Assembly (NCBI RefSeq): GCF_051307035.1
Contig: NZ_CP195536.1
Span: 2,490,001-2,522,000, forward strand
DNA from: Psychrobacter sp. DM4
Lineage (GTDB): Bacteria; Pseudomonadota; Gammaproteobacteria; Pseudomonadales; Moraxellaceae
Length of the DNA stretch: 32,000 nt
Direction: 5' to 3'
The position numbers were made by a program, and so were the translations under genes. Every line of letters starts with the position of its first letter. The stretch's first letter is position 1. Below are positions 28,273-32,000 of this stretch, piece by piece. The notes under the pieces were generated by a model. It did not search any database. It was not told the origin of the DNA and saw nothing but the letters and a program-made list of their open reading frames with translations.

Positions 28273-28310
28273 GTCGCGTAGGGTGTGGTTAGCGCAGCGC
28301 AACCCACCAT
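28273..28310 (+). repeat. REP-like unit (repeat family 2), single copy
   Basis: gtcgcgtagggtgtggttagcgcagcgcaacccaccat has the same leader (tcgcgtagggtg) and core as the element at 26919-27054. It forms an imperfect hairpin GGTGtGGTTaGCGC/GCGCAACCCACC. Confidence 0.65.
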
Positions 28311-28353
28311 TTAATGGTTCAAAAAACTGCTGTATAGCAAGGAATAAGTCAAT

Positions 28354-28761
28354 ATGAGTATAGAATACAAAGGCTCTTGTCTATGCGGGGAAGTTCAGTT
28401 CTCTGTAACAGGTTTTGATGAACAAGTTGCAAACTGTCACTGTACAATGTGCCGTAAATTTCATGGTGCTGCCTTTGGAACTTTGGTTAGTGTACAAGGT
28501 TTAAGGTGGCTATCAGGCAAATCATTACTTAAAGAGTTTATCGCATCGAATGGCACGATTCGTACGTTTTGCATAGAGTGTGGTTCAAGCTTAGGGTTTC
28601 GCGTTAAAGATGCGCCACTTGAGCAAATAGAATTGGCTATCGCATTGTTCGATGATGACATTCCAGTGAATATTGACGCGCAGATTTATACCAACTATAA
28701 GGCTAATTGGTGTGAGCTACAATCAAGTCTAGATACATTTAGTGAGGGGCGTTTGAATTAA
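28354..28761 (+). CDS. GFA-family (CENP-V/glutathione-dependent formaldehyde-activating-like) zinc protein
   Basis: Cysteine clusters CLCGEV, CHCTMCRK and FCIECGS match the GFA domain pattern. Confidence 0.8.
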   Translation: MSIEYKGSCLCGEVQFSVTGFDEQVANCHCTMCRKFHGAAFGTLVSVQGLRWLSGKSLLKEFIASNGTIRTFCIECGSSLGFRVKDAPLEQIELAIALFDDDIPVNIDAQIYTNYKANWCELQSSLDTFSEGRLN

Positions 28762-28883
28762 AGTACTTTAAATCACATTTACCAAAAATTTTTAGATGAT
28801 AAATCAAGTAAAGTATTGGATCAAGGTAAGTTTATTTCGAAAAAGTTGGAGGAAAAAGCATTAGATAGTAGCTAATCCAACCC

Positions 28884-28915
28884 AAAAAAAAGGACACCTC
28901 ACGGCGTCCTTTTTT
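28884..28915. terminator. Bidirectional terminator between the GFA gene (+) and sodB (-)
   Basis: A7-AGGACACC-tcac-GGCGTCCT-T5, with one mismatch in the stem. Confidence 0.8.
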
Positions 28916-28935
28916 ATGAATCAAAATCTTAAGTC

Positions 28936-29571
28936 TTACGAGCGGCCTTCGTTGCCTGCTTCTTGACCTTTATATTTTGCGTTGGCGTAGTCCCAGTTCA
29001 CAAGCTTGTCTAGGAACGTATCGACATAATCAGGACGACGGTTACGATAATCTATGTAGTACGCATGCTCCCATACATCACAAGTCAATACCGCAACTTT
29101 ATTATGCGCTAAAGGGTTATCCGCGTCGCTAGTCTTCATGATAGAGAGCTTGCCACCGACTTTATCAGTCACTAGCCATGCCCAACCTGAACCAAACTGT
29201 GAGGTTGCAGCATTTTTGAACTCTTCACGGAACTTGTCATAGCTACCGAAATCTTCTTCGATTTTACCTTTTAAATCACCAGTAGGTTCACCGCCGCCAT
29301 TGTCTGGCGTCATGCAATTCCAGTAGAACGTGTGGTTCCACACTTGCGCGGCTTGGTTGAACATAGTCTGCTTGCTATCATCTTTAGCAGTACCTTCGAT
29401 GATCTCTGGTAAGGTCTTATCTTCGTAGCCAGAACCTGGTAGCAAATCTTTTAACTTGTTCACGTAAGCTGCATGATGCTTGTCATGATGATACTCTAGC
29501 GTCTCTGCGCTGATGTGCGGCTCTAGTGCGTCTTTTGCATAGGGTAGATCAGGTAGTGTAATGTTTGACAT
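28936..29571 (-). CDS. sodB: Superoxide dismutase [Fe]
   Basis: LPDLPYAKDALEPHISAETLEYHHDKHH, AAQVWNHTFYW and DVWEHAYYIDYRNRRPDY. The Fe-type residue pattern is judged from memory. Confidence 0.93.
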   Translation of the reverse strand: MSNITLPDLPYAKDALEPHISAETLEYHHDKHHAAYVNKLKDLLPGSGYEDKTLPEIIEGTAKDDSKQTMFNQAAQVWNHTFYWNCMTPDNGGGEPTGDLKGKIEEDFGSYDKFREEFKNAATSQFGSGWAWLVTDKVGGKLSIMKTSDADNPLAHNKVAVLTCDVWEHAYYIDYRNRRPDYVDTFLDKLVNWDYANAKYKGQEAGNEGRS

Positions 29572-29898
29572 AATTATTTTATCCTTGCTGTTTTTAGCCC
29601 ATGGCTGATTGACACCATAGAGAAGCTAAATTGGCTGAGTTTATTGTAATGAATTTTCGCTCAAAATTATAAATTTAAAAGACACTTAAAAAAGCCTCTA
29701 AATATAATGTAATCAAAACTAAAAGATTTAAGCATTGTGCATAAATCTTCAGTTATAAGCTAACATTCACAGTAGCTTATGGCTAGTATAACAACTGCTA
29801 ACGCGAATATCCGTTACCGATTGTTATAGACTCAAGTTTGCTATATGAGTGACGCATAATTTACTAAACTTATAAATGAACAATAAAGAGATACTTTT

Positions 29899-30576
29899 AT
29901 GACTGATATAAACTTGCCGCCTTACTCATGGGCTCAAGCTCACAGCAACGATGATCACATTGATAGCGATAATAACTGGGTTCTTGCCAGTAATAACAAA
30001 GGCAAACTGGCTGAACTTAAGCGCTTATTCACTGAGGCAAACTTAGATATCACTATCATACCGCAAGGCGAGCTGGGTATTGAAGATGCGATTGAAGACG
30101 GTTTGAGCTTCGTTGAGAACGCTATTATCAAAGCGCGTCATGCCAGTCGTATCAGTGGCCTGCCAGCCATCGCTGATGATTCAGGACTATGCGTGCCAGC
30201 ACTCGGTAATGCACCAGGGATTTACTCAGCACGTTACGGCGGCGAGCATGGCAACGACGCCAATAACAATGCCAAGCTCATTACCAATCTAGAGCCTATA
30301 CGCGCGCAAAACCCAGACTCCGCTATCAGGGCGCAGTTCGTTTGTGTGTTGGCTTTAGTACGTCACGCCGATGACCCGCTGCCGATTATCGCGCAAGGAT
30401 TATGGCAGGGTGAGATTTTGGACGCGCCGCGTGGCGCTGGCGGTTTTGGTTATGATCCGCTGTTTTGGCTACCAGAGCTACAGGCGAGTGCGGCAGACTT
30501 GGACGCCGCTGTTAAAAATCAAATCAGTCATCGTGGTCAAGCTATTGATAAGCTATTAGCGCAATTACCGCTATAA
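29899..30576 (+). CDS. rdgB: dITP/XTP pyrophosphatase (non-canonical purine NTP pyrophosphatase) RdgB
   Basis: SNNKGKLAELKRLF, FGYDPLF and SHRGQA motifs. It carries a roughly 25-aa N-terminal extension. An AAAGAG Shine-Dalgarno lies 8 nt upstream. Confidence 0.85.
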   Translation: MTDINLPPYSWAQAHSNDDHIDSDNNWVLASNNKGKLAELKRLFTEANLDITIIPQGELGIEDAIEDGLSFVENAIIKARHASRISGLPAIADDSGLCVPALGNAPGIYSARYGGEHGNDANNNAKLITNLEPIRAQNPDSAIRAQFVCVLALVRHADDPLPIIAQGLWQGEILDAPRGAGGFGYDPLFWLPELQASAADLDAAVKNQISHRGQAIDKLLAQLPL

Positions 30577-30884
30577 AAGGTTCTATTTGATTCTAAAAAC
30601 AGATAACTTTTACTTTAATTAGCAGATAGATTATACTGTTCTACTTTTAAATTTTGTTTAAAAACGCTATCTGTCTTAATAATTGAGCAAAAAGTTCTAT
30701 AATTAAGCTATTTAGCAAGCAATACTTAATATTTGATGGTGCATCTAGTGTCATTGGCGATTGCTCATGATACTCATTTTGGTAACGCTATCCCCTATTT
30801 ATTCCAACGGCGATCATGGTCATCACTACTTACTAGTGAGGCATGATGGTCTACTCTTATTTTAATCCTAAAGGTGTAATTAAC

Positions 30885-32000
30885 ATGGCTACAGATCTAC
30901 AAGTCACAACCAACAAGCTATCTAATAAAGAGACGCAGCTGACGGTCAAAGTTCCTGTCGAAAAGATTCAAAACAAAGTCGAAGGCCGTATTCGCCAAGT
31001 GGCAAAAACTGCCAAGATCGACGGTTTCCGTAAAGGTAACGTCCCGATGTCACATATCCGCGCGCAATATGGTGCTGGCATTCAACAAGAAGTGATCAAC
31101 GATGTGATCCGTGATACTGTGTTTGAAGCGATCAAGTCTGAAGACATCCGCGCGGTTGGCATGCCAAATATTGATGATGTCAAACTAGAAGACGATTTCT
31201 TGGTGTATCAAGCGACTGTTGAGATCTTCCCAGAAGTTGACGTACAAGGTATTGATGAGATTGAAGTTGAGCGTCATACCGCAAGCGTTAATGAAGAAGA
31301 CGTCGATACAATGATTGAAAACTTGCAAAAGCAGCGCCAAGAGTTCGTTGAGAAAAAAGGCAAAGCGGCAAAAGACAATCAAGTGACCTTTGACTTTGAA
31401 GGCACGATGGATGGCGAAAAGTTCGAAGGCGGCTCATCTGAGGACTTTAAATTGGTCATCGGTAGTGGTCAGATGATTCCAGGTTTTGAAGATGGTATCA
31501 AAGGCATGAAAGCGGGCGAAGAGAAAACCATCGACGTAACTTTCCCAGAAGACTATCAAGCTGAAAACTTGGCAGGCAAAGAAGCTCAGTTCAAAATCAA
31601 CGTAAAACTGGTCGAAAAATCAAAATTACCTGAGATTGATGACGAGTTCCTTGAGCTATTTGGCGTTAAGGAAGGCGGCGTTGACAAACTAAAAGACGAC
31701 GTACGTAAAAACATGGAACGCGAAATCAAAAACGCTGCGCGTAGCCAAGTCAAGCAAGCAACGTTTGATGCCTTGCTAGAAAAAAATGAGTTTGACGTGC
31801 CAAGTGCGATGCTAGAGCAAGAGATCGATCGTCAGCGCAACATGATGATGCAGCGCTTCTCTCAGCAGTTCGGTGCGAACGCGGATAGCTTTGATAAAGA
31901 CATGCTACCGAACGAATTGTTTGAAGAACAAGCATTGCGTGCCGCTCGTCTAGGCATCATCGTCGCTCGCGTTATCGACACTAAAAATATCGAAGTCGAT
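30885..32000 (+). CDS. tig: Trigger factor, 3'-truncated by the window edge (absent from the supplied ORF track)
   Basis: I translated it manually from the ATG at 30885: [63 protein letters not shown]. This includes the ribosome-docking GFRxGxxP signature. The frame stays open for 372 codons to the window end, and the FKBP-type PPIase region ([15 protein letters not shown]) is visible. Confidence 0.9.
   Translation, partial: MATDLQVTTNKLSNKETQLTVKVPVEKIQNKVEGRIRQVAKTAKIDGFRKGNVPMSHIRAQYGAGIQQEVINDVIRDTVFEAIKSEDIRAVGMPNIDDVKLEDDFLVYQATVEIFPEVDVQGIDEIEVERHTASVNEEDVDTMIENLQKQRQEFVEKKGKAAKDNQVTFDFEGTMDGEKFEGGSSEDFKLVIGSGQMIPGFEDGIKGMKAGEEKTIDVTFPEDYQAENLAGKEAQFKINVKLVEKSKLPEIDDEFLELFGVKEGGVDKLKDDVRKNMEREIKNAARSQVKQATFDALLEKNEFDVPSAMLEQEIDRQRNMMMQRFSQQFGANADSFDKDMLPNELFEEQALRAARLGIIVARVIDTKNIEVD

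Noticed and set aside
30736-30846. 36-aa ORF (MVHLVSLAIAHDTHFG...) upstream of tig
   Set aside because: It has no Shine-Dalgarno and no recognisable motif, and it lies in what is most likely the tig promoter/leader.

Overview
This window reads as ordinary gammaproteobacterial chromosome. Moderate-to-low GC and the gene content suggest Moraxellaceae or a Psychrobacter-like genome, but that is an inference. I found no CRISPR array, tRNA, rRNA, transposase, integrase or phage gene. Genes in order: nadV (5' truncated) coupled to an SGNH hydrolase; L31 type B; an orphan FemAB/GNAT-like gene on an AT-rich, codon-atypical islet; a lipoprotein; a DAO-type flavoprotein; a LOG-family protein; an alpha/beta hydrolase; an ExoX-like exonuclease; an M23 peptidase; phoR-phoB; dtd; psd; pstSCAB-phoU with a clear phased Pho-box array; an isochorismatase-HD pair; fadBA; ispA; a DUF72 protein; a YdjM-like membrane hydrolase; a GFA protein; sodB; rdgB; and tig. 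The tig gene (30885 to the window end) is missing from the ORF track because it has no stop codon in the window. I do not see a convincing new multi-gene system, because most genes are singletons with their own terminators. The leads worth a second look are modest. (1) The terminator-bounded FemAB-like islet and its unusual upstream operator-like repeat array. (2) Two small structured repeat families, one with covarying terminal stems and one REP/MITE-like element bracketing the ydjM-like gene. (3) A PhoR with no room for a membrane anchor, and a PstB with an N-terminal extension. (4) An orphan promoter-plus-terminator unit that could be a tiny sRNA. All functional calls rest on motifs I recognised by eye in the translations. 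No database search or computation was run.
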